Shown: positions 1 through 10,032 of the stretch, in pieces
How the letters are laid out: each line of letters opens with the position of its first letter
Numbering within the stretch: position 1 is the first letter of the stretch
Source: Octopus bimaculoides
Taxonomy: Eukaryota
Length of the DNA: 33,856 nt
Assembly: GCF_001194135.2 (NCBI RefSeq)
Contig: NC_069008.1
Span: 3,780,130 to 3,813,985 of the forward strand
Direction: 5' to 3'
The notes under the pieces: model-generated
Told to the model about the DNA's origin: nothing
Database searches by the model: none
The model's input: the letters and a program-made list of their open reading frames with translations, nothing else
Program-made: the position numbers and the translations under genes

Positions 1-15
1 AAAAAAAAAAAAAAG

Positions 16-355
16 GTTTTGAATGGTACAACAATGTACTATAATACAAAAAAACGGACTATATACCTGTTGTAATTTAGTTATCTATAGTCTGATGATA
101 TTTCGGAATGCAATTTCTTCTTCCGACCTCACGCACTTCTCATGAGGAATTCCGGAAGGAGTTTCGTGAGACCATTACTGAGATGCTTCCGAAAAAGAAA
201 AGTTGTTGGAAAACAGATTATAGCAGAGACTCCATCTAAGACTATCTGAAGAAGGAAATGTATTCCGAAATATCATCGGACTATAGTTAACTAAATTACA
301 ACAGGTATATAGTCCGTTTTTATGTATTATAGTGTATTGTTGTACCATTCAAAAC
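16..355. mobile_element. Fold-back/MITE-like long inverted repeat (108-bp arms, 124-bp spacer)
   Basis: 16..123 is the reverse complement of 248..355 with 8 mismatches and no gaps (hand alignment). No TSD can be assigned because the flanks are poly-A and (TA)n at the window edge. Confidence 0.85.
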
Positions 356-557
356 TTTATATATATATATTTATTGCTTGTGGAAAGGCCCTGAATGAAG
401 GTGCATAGGAGAATATTGTGGGTTGCGTATGCAACTACACATACTCTAAGCAGCAGGAACATATGTTGGCCATTTTATCTAATTATGCTGTATAATTAAC
501 TGTGGGAGTAAAAGAAAAGTTTGAAGACATACCAGTCTTTGTATTCCTTGTAATTGT

Positions 558-826
558 CTTGTGAGTGGATCTGGTAGACGGAAACTGAAAGAAGCCTATC
601 GTATATATGTATGTGTGTGTGTGTGTCTGTGTCCCCCCCCCCAACATCGCTTGACAACCGATGCTGGTGTGTTTACGTCCCCGTAACTTAGCAGTTCAGC
701 AAAAGAGACCGATAGAGTAAGTGCTAGGCTTACAAAGAATAAGTCCTGGGGTCGATTTGCTCGACTAAAGGCGGTGCTCCAGCATGGCCGCAGTCAAATG
801 ACTAAAACAAACAAAAGAGCAAAAGA
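558..826 (+). mobile_element. SINE family A, 5'-truncated copy
   Basis: Body ...caacatcgcttgacaaccgatgctggtgtgtttacgtccccgtaacttagc... and tail ggcggtgctccagcatggccgcagtcaaatgact. The same sequence recurs at about 9010, 14528 and 31143. Confidence 0.85.
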
Positions 827-1556
827 GTATGTGTGTGTGCGCATGCATGTGTACTTTGCTTTGTCTCCTAACTCCTGATGGAATCATAAGGGCTCTATTG
901 TGACATGTAGCATGGTATAGGAACATCTAAACCTGGCCAAGTCAAACTTTCCAATTCTGATCACCACAGCCAATTTTTGAGAGAGGAGGGGAGGGGGAGA
1001 CAGGGGACATAAGGAAGAGAGAGAGAGAACAGTCCCCAATACATGACTGGTACTTTATTGGCCTTGAAGGAGTGAAAGAGAAAAACTGATTTCAGCACAA
1101 TATGAGCTCAGAAGGCAGAGATCAGGAACAAATACCACAAGGCACTCTACCCAATTCTATAATGACTCGGCCAACTCAATTGCATGCACGCGCGTGTGCA
1201 TGTGTATTGTTCGGCCTTTTGTCTCTGAAGATGATCGGATTAGCGCTAAACTCTTTGTGGGTTTTCGGGTGACTCATTAGGCCATTAGGCTTGCAATGGA
1301 ACAGTGGGGACACCTAACAGCAGAAGCAAGACTTTGTACAATTCTTGCTTTCTGAGCAACCCTCCTCTCTTGTAGTTCCTCTGATCATTTCTGATTCAAA
1401 GTGTTGCACACCGGAGTATGTTGCACGATACTACAGTGAGCAATCGTATGTGTGTGTGTGTGTGTGTGTGTATACACAGGAAGAGAGGGAGAGAGACAGA
1501 GAGATATAGAAAACAAAAGTGAGGATAGAGAGGTAGATGGAAAAATGTAAAGATTT

Positions 1557-1592
<36 letters not shown>

Positions 1593-1840
1593 AATGAAAA
1601 GAAAGAAAAACTGAAGAGATGGTTCACTGATTCTAATTTCTCATTGGTCATCACAGAAGTAATTAACTGGTGTAGTCCGGTTGAGCGGATGAGAGGACTG
1701 TGCAGGTTAAGAATTTTGTTGTTTTAATTTTGTTTTGTTTTTTGTTTTTTTTTTAAGAGAAAAAGAAAGAAGAGAAAGATGAAGACTATGAAGAAGATGA
1801 TGATGATGATGATATTGGGGGATCAAGCGAAGCAGCTTAC

Positions 1841-2003
1841 GTGACATACTGGTTGCTGCTGTTGTTGTTGTTGTTGTTGGTGGTTGGCTGAGAATAAGGG
1901 GGGGATATGGGATCGTACCCATTTAATCCACGCTGCTTTACCAAGTTGACTTCATCCTCGACTTTCTCGCGCTGCTTCTTTGACATCCGACCAAATTTCA
2001 CCG
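1841..2003 (-). CDS. HR3: Nuclear receptor HR3/ROR (NR1F) exon: C-terminal extension (T/A-box) and start of hinge
   Basis: The minus strand reads ctttcag|CG GTG AAA TTT GGT CGG ATG...CAG TAT GTC AC|gtaagc. The 163 nt give (A)VKFGRMSKKQREKVEDEVNLVKQRGLNGYDPISPPYSQPTTNNNNNNSSNQYV(T). The phase-1 start matches the phase-1 end of exon 21460..21601. KQREKVEDEV is the protostome HR3 signature; vertebrate ROR has KQRDSLYAEV. Confidence 0.95.
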
Positions 2004-2684
2004 CTGAAAGCAACAACATTAGAAAAAAAACTTGCCCAGTCTTCTCAGCTAATTCTTCAGTATTTATATATTTATATATTATTATTATTATTAATAGTTT
2101 AAAAAATAATAATAATAATAATAGTAATAATAATGATGATATTGATGATGATGATGATGATAACACTGGCAAAAAAGCCACATATTTCTGGAAAGTATTG
2201 GGTGATCTCAACAAAACAGGGCTTCCAGTAAAATACTAGGTATACATTATCTAAATCAGAGGTTCTCAACCTGGGCCCATATGGCCCCTGAGGATCTATA
2301 AAAATTTTGGGGAGTCCTTGCAACAAAATAGTAAATTGGGGATCAAAAATAGCATTTCAAAGGTCCCTAAACAAATTTTGCTTTAGATGTATGTATTGGT
2401 GTATATTACAAGAAATAGCTAGGCTTCTTTCTATAACACTTTACATAGTTCAACCTACATAATGTGGGAAAAACAAAATAAGAAATTTTGAAAGACATAT
2501 ATGTATAAAAACTAGATTTTAACCCTTTTATCACCATATTTCTGTGTTTCTTTCAATTGATTTTAAATATAACAAAGAATTTAGTAAAATAACTTAGCTA
2601 TCATTAAGCTAGTGTTAGGTTTGCTTTTCACCCTCACCAACTCATAAAAGGAGCAAAAACTAAGTGGAGTGAGCAGGATTTTTC

Positions 2685-2902
2685 TACTATAACCCTGGAC
2701 CAACCGATGCCTTATGTGTGAATCTGGTAGATGGAAACCATGCAGAAACCCATTGTACACGTCTATGTGTGTGTGTGTGTTGTGCCTGCCACCCATCACT
2801 GTTTCACAACAGGTGCTGACATGTTTACATCCCTTTAACTTAGCAGTTCAGCAAAAAAGACCATCAGAATAAGTACCAGATTTAAAAATAGTACTGGGAT
2901 AN
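2685..2902 (+). mobile_element. SINE family A, diverged copy
   Basis: Matches 558..826 (tggtagatggaaac...taacttagcagttcagcaaaa...gaataagtacca). Confidence 0.7.
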
Positions 2903-3853
2903 NNNNNNNNNNNNNNNNNNNNNNNNNNNNNNNNNNNNNNNNNNNNNNNNNNNNNNNNNNNNNNNNNNNNNNNNNNNNNNNNNNNNNNNNNNNNNNNNNN
3001 NNNNNNNNNNNNNNNNNNNNNNNNNNNNNNNNNNNNNNNNNNNNNNNNNNNNNNNNNNNNNNNNNNNNACACACACACACACACACATTCCCCGTAAAAA
3101 ATAAAGAGCCAAAGTTTGTTTGAGCCAAGGATTTGAATTCAAAATGTAAAGAGAAGTAACCTTAATATAACAAAGTATTTTTGATGGATGCTCTACCGAC
3201 TTTGCTAATCCCAAAACTTGATTTATATTTTCAAATCATCAACAGTATTATTATTATTATTATTATTATTTTTCTTTTTAAGGGGGAGGGTTGCAATAGA
3301 GGAGTCAAACATCCTAATATGGCATAGACATAAAGCCACAAAGCTACAGAAACATTCAAGGCAAAAAAACAAAAATTGGACAATATGAAAATGTATGTAT
3401 GTATATATCTATGCACCTATGCATGTGTGGGCATATGAATTCATTTGTGCACATACATACACACATACACATATATATATAGCATAGCAATATCTGTCCA
3501 ATCCATGCCAGCATGGATGGTGGACATTAAATGATGATATATATATATATATATGTTTGTGTGTGTGCACACACACACATTTGTATATGGATATACATTG
3601 AAACACACTGATATAATACATATATTCACATACATGTATGTATGTGTGTGTGTTTGTGTGTGTATATAAATATATAACTACACGCATGCTTATACATAGG
3701 ATACATACATACGTACATATGCATATATGCATACATAAGTACACATAATAAAAAAAAAAAACTTAAAGAAAATACAAGTGACCATGTTCTTTTCATGTAA
3801 GAAGCCACACAGACAGAATTTAAAAAATGACAAAATCTCAGAACCATACTTAC

Positions 3854-3916
3854 CTGCCTGGTTGTGAGTGTATGTGTATGTGCATGCACATCTGTATGTG
3901 TGTGTTTGTTCCTTTG
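3854..3916 (-). other. Possible cryptic 63-nt cassette exon in the HR3 intron
   Basis: Minus strand cttccag|63 nt|gtaagt with a consensus CAG|GTAAGT donor. It is open in the HR3 phase-1 frame, but its content is CA-microsatellite-like. Confidence 0.2.
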
Positions 3917-4156
3917 CTGGAAGCTAAAGTTTCATTCATACAGTTTCTACTCTTGAGTTACTAATTACCATCAATGCCCAAGAGAGTAACTTTGGAATAA
4001 AGACAGTGCAACACTCTGGTTCAGCAGCATACACACAGTGGCATGTATTGAGTACTTTCTTATCCATTCACACACACACACACGCATAACATACATACAA
4101 CAAAACCCCACCTCCCAACAAAATGCATGAAACCATACAGAATGTCCATTTAGCAT

Positions 4157-4360
4157 TAATCCCTTGGCATGCAGCTTATTCTGCCAAATGTAATATTCAA
4201 TTACTCACAATGTTTTGAATTAATCATACATTATCTCATAGCTTTGAAATTTTGATGATGTGATTGTTTATTTTAGAATGGGATTTTAAGGTGGGTGTAA
4301 GAGGCTAGATATGGCCAATTTGAACATAAAGCTAGTTGAATATTTGGGCCTGATATGGCC
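4157..4360. mobile_element. piggyBac-like MITE, degenerate copy
   Basis: Internal sequence matches 6250..6480, 11437..11647 (reverse) and 19500..19710. It starts ttaatcccttggcat. Confidence 0.5.
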
Positions 4361-4484
4361 GAGGGTTAAGGAATACAAACCTACTACTAACGTGATTGGC
4401 AGTGTTGTCACCAATTCTGTTTGTCCTTCCCCACAGCTATGGCACTATCACTATGGAAATATTATTAGATCACTTCAGTACCTC

Positions 4485-4685
4485 CTGACTGGCCTTCGTG
4501 CCGGTGGCACGTAAAAGCACCCACTACACTCTCGGAGTAGTTGGCGTTAGGAAGGGCATCCAGCTGTAGAAACTCTGTCAAATCAGATTGGAGCCTGGTG
4601 TAGCCATCTGGTTCACCAGTCCTCAGTCAAATCGTCCAACCCATGCTAGCATGGAAAGCAGACATTAAACGATGATGATGATGAT
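4485..4685 (+). mobile_element. SINE/retroposon family B, 3' part with (GAT)n tail
   Basis: ggcacgtaaaagcacccactacactctcggag...gacattaaacgatgatgatg; at least 7 copies in the window. Confidence 0.85.
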
Positions 4686-5231
4686 TGAGTAGAAATATAC
4701 AAAAATGAACTGTCCACAAATGTGAGTATATGTAAGTATGTATTTGTAGGAGGCCAAGGAGTTGACTAAAACAAGATGGGTAGTTAATATCCATAGTCTC
4801 ATTTGGTCATGCTTGGGAAGCCAGCCAGATAGCCTAATGATGACTGCTTCTGATAGGACCCCATGGAAAAGGTACTGGAGGACTGCTCCCATAACCCTTC
4901 CAGGAATAGTGGACAGAGAAGATGGATGGTTTAATCCATTTTAACACAGTTTACTACAACTATAAAACTGAATATTTATTACCTCTGGATTTTCCATGAG
5001 TAGGATTCGCAAGTATGTTGGACATTTATTGGATAATCTGTTAGCAGAAGTCACAAATGGGAAACTTCTGATCATAGTTCTGCTGGGTCAAGGACCAAGG
5101 GCTGAGAAACAGCAGCGATACATGGAAGAAGATGTAGTCCTACATACAGTGTGTCTGAACAAATGATGGGATGAAAACAACTAAAACATTTCACCACAGG
5201 TCTACTAGTGGTTAGGGTACTCAGTTCGTGA

Positions 5232-5346
5232 TATGGCCATATCACGCTGAGAGCACCGGTTCTCGTCCGATCACCGAAGTTAAGCAACATCGAGCCTAGT
5301 GAGTACTTAGATGGGTGACCGCTTGGGAAACCTAGGTGCTGTAAGC
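5232..5346 (+). pseudogene. 5S rRNA-derived sequence (5S pseudogene or head of a 5S-derived SINE)
   Basis: tatggccatatcacgctgagagcaccggttctcgtccgatcaccgaagttaagc...gatgggtgaccgcttgggaaacctaggtgctgtaagc aligns along the length of eukaryotic 5S rRNA, including the A-box and C-box regions. It lacks the first ~3 nt and has scattered substitutions. Confidence 0.9.
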
Positions 5347-5430
5347 GTCCCACACTTTTAAATGGCGGTGCCCCAGCATGGCCACAGCTCATGAGCTGAA
5401 ACTAGATAAAATGAAAAATGAAAATGATAT
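5347..5430 (+). mobile_element. SINE-type 3' tail fused to the 5S sequence
   Basis: ggcggtgccccagcatggccacagctc...gaaactagataaaatgaaaaatgaaaatga is homologous to the family A tail ggcggtgctccagcatggccgcagtc...gaaacaagtaaaag (770..826, 31336..31390). Confidence 0.75.
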
Positions 5431-6249
5431 CTGTGAAGTGCTCAGCCACTTGCACATTAATTTCATGAGCAATTTGTTCCGTTAATCAGATCAACTGGAA
5501 CCCTTGCTGTTGTGACCAACGGAGTGCCAGTTCACGAGTTCAAACTGGCCCAGGGTCAAAACAGCAACATGACAATATCAAATAATGTAGTCCTAGATAA
5601 ACTACGTTTGAATAACTGTTGAGATGGGTCTGTAAATAAAGCTAAACAAAGGTTAAACAACAACAACAAGGAAGAGTGCATGAAACAATGTATTCCAAGA
5701 TATACTGTGCCTGAATAAATGATGGGGTGATAACAGCTTAAAACATCTTTGATCACAGATCTGCCAGATTGTACTGGCCAGGGGCTAAACAACAACACAA
5801 AGAAGAAAGCATGAAATAACAGAGTCCCAGAGACGCAATGTCTGGATAAACGATAACGATAGGATGATAACAGTTTAAAGCATTTTTGACTACAGAGCTG
5901 ATCGGTCAGGACTGACCTAGGGCTAAGCTACAGCAGCACAATGAAGAACATGTTAATGTCATCCTACATACATTGTTTTTAGAAAGATGAGATGGTTACA
6001 GCTGGGACATTTTAGATCATAAGTCTACAGGATCAGAATCAACCTAGGGCTACACAACATGAAGAAAGGGCACATTAAATAATGTAGTCCTAGATACTCT
6101 ATGTTTGAGTAAAAGACAAAACAGTCGTATCTGAAACATCTCTGATCATATGCCCATAGGATCAAACTGACCTGATATTAAACAACAAAGCTAAACAGGA
6201 ACTTTGAAACTATCTTCATTTGAACCTAAATTTGTTGACCCAATCAAAG

Positions 6250-6480
6250 GCTTAAACCTTTAGTGTTTAGATTACTTTGTCAAATGTAATACTTATTTAT
6301 TCACATTGTTTGGAATTAATTGTGCCTTGTCTCATAGCTTCAAGACTTTGATGACATGATTATTTATCTTTAGAATGACAATGTAGGGTAGGTGTGATAG
6401 GCTGAATCTCATAAGTTTGAACATAAAACAAGGATAATATTCTGACCAGATATGGCCGGTTTGAACACTAAAGGCTTAAA
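6250..6480. mobile_element. piggyBac-like MITE copy
   Basis: Ends ttaaacctttagtgtt ... aacactaaaggcttaa form an inverted pair. The interior matches 11437..11647. Confidence 0.55.
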
Positions 6481-7422
6481 GATTGTCTTACCAAAGCTGA
6501 NNNNNNNNNNNNNNNNNNNNNNNNNNNNNNNNNNNNNNNNNNNNNNNNNNNNNNNNNNNNNNNNNNNNNNNNNNNNNNNNNNNNNNNNNNNNNNNNNNNN
6601 NNNNNNNNNNNNNNNNNNNNNNNNNNNNNNNNNNNNNNNNNNNNNNNNNNNNNNNNNNNNNNNNNNNNNNNNNNNNNNNNNNNNNNNNNNNNNNNNNNNN
6701 NNNNNNNNNNNNNNNNNNNNNNNNNNNNNNNNNNNNNNNNNNNNNNNNNNNNNNNNNNNNNNNNNNNNNNNNNNNNNNNNNNNNNNNNNNNNNNNNNNNN
6801 NNNNNNNNNNNNNNNNNNNNNNNNNNNNNNNNNNNNNNNNNNNNNNNNNNNNNNNNNNNNNNNNNNNNNNNNNNNNNNNNNNNNNNNNNNNNNNNNNNNN
6901 NNNNNNNNNNNNNNNNNNNNNNNNNNNNNNNNNNNNNNNNNNNNNNNNNNNNNNNNNNNNNNNNNNNNNNNNNNNNNNNNNNNNNNNNNNNNNNNNNNNN
7001 NNNNNNNNNNNNNNNNNNNNNNNNNNNNNNNNNNNNNNNNNNNNNNNNNNNNNNNNNNNNNNNNNNNNNNNNNNNNNNNNNNNNNNNNNNNNNNNNNNNN
7101 NNNNNNNNNNNNNNNNNNNNNNNNNNNNNNNNNNNNNNNNNNNNNNNNNNNNNNNNNNNNNNNNNNNNNNNNNNNNNNNNNNNNNNNNNNNNNNNNNNNN
7201 NNNNNNNNNNNNNNNNNNNNNNNNNNNNNNNNNNNNNNNNNNNNNNNNNNNNNNNNNNNNNNNNNNNNNNNNNNNNNNNNNNNNNNNNNNNNNNNNNNNN
7301 NNNNNNNNNNNNNNNNNNNNNNNNNNNNNNNNNNNNNNNNNNNNNNNNNNNNNNNNNNNNNNNNNNNNNNNNNNNNNNNNNNNNNNNNNNNNNNNNNNNN
7401 NNNNNNNNNNNNNNNNNNNNNN

Positions 7423-7620
7423 NCCCCCACATACACACACATGCAAAGATACATATAGGATAGGCTTCTTTTCTTGTTTCCATCTACTAAATCCACTCAC
7501 AAGGCTTTGGTTAGCCTGGGGCTATAGTAGAAGACATTTGCCTAAGGTGCCGTGCAGTGGGACTGAACCTAAAACCATGTGGTTGGGAAGCAAGCATCTT
7601 ACTACACAGCTATGCCAGCA
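7423..7620 (-). mobile_element. SINE family A, tRNA-like 5' half
   Basis: Reverse complement of gtagtaagatgcttgcttcccaaccacatggttttaggttcagtcccactgcacggcaccttaggcaa..., which has A/B-box-like motifs. Related copies lie at 13410..13585, 25490..25660 and 26840..26990. Confidence 0.75.
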
Positions 7621-7826
7621 AGATATATATATATATATATATGGTTAATCCCTACACATTTTTTTCTCTCTCCATTTTTTTCCCCTCTTAATCCTTTCTG
7701 TCAAAGAGCATAGGCTTGAAAAGTTAAAGACATTTCCACTCTTCCCAAGTGTCAAATTAATACAGCTGCTTATTGTTCTTTCACTTGTCTTCATCTTTTT
7801 TTTTTCAGTAAATTTGAACTACATAT

Positions 7827-8154
7827 CAGCATCATCATTTAACGTCCGTTGTCCATGCTGGCATGGGTTGGATGGTTTGACTCTGAGAGTGTAATGAGTG
7901 CTTTTACACGCCACCGGTGCAGGTGCCATTTGCGTGACACCAGTATCTGCCATGACTGCGCTATGTATGCATGTATTTATATATGTATGTATGTGTGTGT
8001 ATATATGTATGTCATCATCATCATCATCATCATCATCGTTTAACGTCCGCTTTCCATGCTAGCATGGGTTGGACGATTTGACTGAGGACTGGTGAAACCG
8101 GATGGCAACACCAGGCTCCAGTCTGATTTGGCAGAGTTTCTACAGCTGGATGCC
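7827..8154 (-). mobile_element. Two family B 3' fragments (7827..7935, 8012..8154) separated by TA/TG microsatellite
   Basis: catcatc...ttaacgtcc...ccatgct.gcatgggttgga occurs twice and is the reverse complement of the family B tail. Confidence 0.8.
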
Positions 8155-8238
8155 NNNNNNNNNNNNNNNNNNNNNNNNNNNNNNNNNNNNNNNNNNNNNN
8201 NNNNNNNNNNNNNNNNNNNNNNNNNNNNNNNNNNNNNN

Positions 8239-8285
<47 letters not shown>

Positions 8286-8414
8286 TTATAAGATGTATAT
8301 TCGTGTGTGTGTGTGTATTTCCAAGGGTAAGTTTGTAGTCTTCAATTCAATACTAACTGCTTTTATACATCTAGATCCGTGTGTGTGTGTATGTATGTAT
8401 ATGATGTATATACA

Positions 8415-8449
<35 letters not shown>

Positions 8450-8560
8450 GTATTTATAAGATGTATATTCGTGTGTGTGTGTGTATTTCCAAAGGTAAGT
8501 TTGTTGTCTTTAGTTCAATACTAACTGCTTTTACACATCTAGATCTCTGTGTGTGTGCAC
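8239..8560 (+). repeat. Tandem duplication, 168-bp period, each unit containing a 48-nt GTAAGT...TACTAAC...CTAG segment
   Basis: Two near-identical units; GTAAGT at 8327 and 8495, TACTAAC at 8351 and 8519, TAG ending at 8374 and 8542. Confidence 0.85.
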
Positions 8561-9009
8561 ATCGGTTGAAATGCCTGATAAAACGAGACCGGATATCAAA
8601 TGCTATCTGAAGTGCTACAATAAACAAATATTGTTGACATAATCAACATTTTTTTCTCAGCCATGAGATGTTGTATAATTAATTACTCCATTACAGGTCC
8701 ATTGCCACTCATTGGACTGTAGCAGTGGTGGTGGTGGCAAAGGAGGAGAGGGACAGTTGCACCAGTTTGCAGTATTAGACTGATTACATCATCCACAGGG
8801 TTTATTTATAGTATTCTGTGTAAAGCTGGTATCCCTTGTGTTCTCTTTCTTCAACACGTCTCCAGTTGGTGAGAATTGGTGACAGAAGACTTGATAGAGT
8901 AACTACTCTTTTGCTGCTGAAGGATTGGCAAAAAAACCCCCGACATGGGACATGAAGTGTGTGATACCTCTATGGAGAATAAATCTTGTAGGGAGCACCA
9001 TCTCTGCTT

Positions 9010-9335
9010 TGTTGCTCTTTTACTCTTTTACTTGTTTCAGTCATTTGACTGCGGCCATGCTGGAGCACCGCCTTTAGTTGAGCAAATCAACCCCAGGACT
9101 TACTCCTTGTAAGCCTAGTACTTATTCTATCAATCTCTTTTGCCGAAACGCTAAGTTATGGGGACGTAAACACACCAGCATTGGTTGTCAAGCGATGTTG
9201 GGGGGACAAACACAGACACACAAACATACACATATATATATACATATATATATGACGGGCTTCTTTCAGTTTCCATCTACCAAATCTACTCACAAGGCTT
9301 TGATCAGCCAAGGAATACAGCAAAAGACCCTTGCG
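9010..9335 (-). mobile_element. SINE family A copy
   Basis: Reverse complement of the 558..826 sequence. Confidence 0.85.
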
Positions 9336-9989
9336 CAAATAAGTTATGTTGTGGGANNNNNNNNNNNNNNNNNNNNNNNNNNNNNNNNNNNNNNNNNNNN
9401 NNNNNNNNNNNNNNNNNNNNNNNNNNNNNNNNNNNNNNNNNNNNNNNNNNNNNNNNNNNNNNNNNNNNNNNNNNNNNNNNNNNNNNNNNNNNNNNNNNNN
9501 NNNNNNNNNNNNNNNNNNNNNNNNNNNNNNNNNNNNNNNNNNNNNNNNNNNNNNNNNNNNNNNNNNNNNNNNNNNNNNNNNNNNNNNNNNNNNNNNNNNN
9601 NNNNNNNNNNNNNNNNNNNNNNNNNNNNNNNNNNNNNNNNNNNNNNNNNNNNNNNNNNNNNNNNNNNNNNNNNNNNNNNNNNNNNNNNNNNNNNNNNNNN
9701 NNNNNNNNNNNNNNNNNNNNNNNNNNNNNNNNNNNNNNNNNNNNNNNNNNNNNNNNNNNNNNNNNNNNNNNNNNNNNNNNNNNNNNNNNNNNNNNNNNNN
9801 NNNNNNNNNNNNNNNNNNNNNNNNNNNNNNNNNNNNNNNNNNNNNNNNNNNNNNNNNNNNNNNNNNNNNNNNNNNNNNNNNNNNNNNNNNNNNNNNNNNN
9901 NNNNNNNNNNNNNNNNNNNNNNNNNNNNNNNNNNNNNNNNNNNNNNNNNNNNNNNNNNNNNNNNNNNNNNNNNNNNNNNNNNNNNNNNN

Positions 9990-10032
<43 letters not shown>

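Larger units (their letters stand above)
5040..6190 (+). repeat. Diverged tandem array (~120-130 bp unit) of a SINE-tail-like sequence (family D), interrupted by the 5199..5530 insertion
   Basis: The motif gggctaaacaacaac...aataatgtagtcctagata...gatgggatg...aacatct.tgatca recurs about 6 times. Related sequence occurs at 16520..16590 and 18780..19480. Confidence 0.65.

Noticed and set aside
1322-1353. Short imperfect hairpin agaagcaaga...tcttgctttct
   Set aside because: The stem is too short and AT-rich to distinguish from background.
1201-1440. Possible next HR3 exon in the unique sequence downstream of the hinge exon
   Set aside because: After the candidate acceptor at about 1431, the frame required by the phase-2 junction hits a stop within 15 codons, and no frame resembles a nuclear receptor hinge or LBD.
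4760-4880. Possible second LINE C-terminal remnant (…DRTPWKRYWR…)
   Set aside because: Only a 4-5 residue motif resemblance, too weak to call without a profile search.
5232-5346. Functional 5S rRNA gene
   Set aside because: It is solitary, lacks the first nucleotides, has several substitutions in paired regions and is fused to SINE sequence. Treated as a pseudogene or SINE head.
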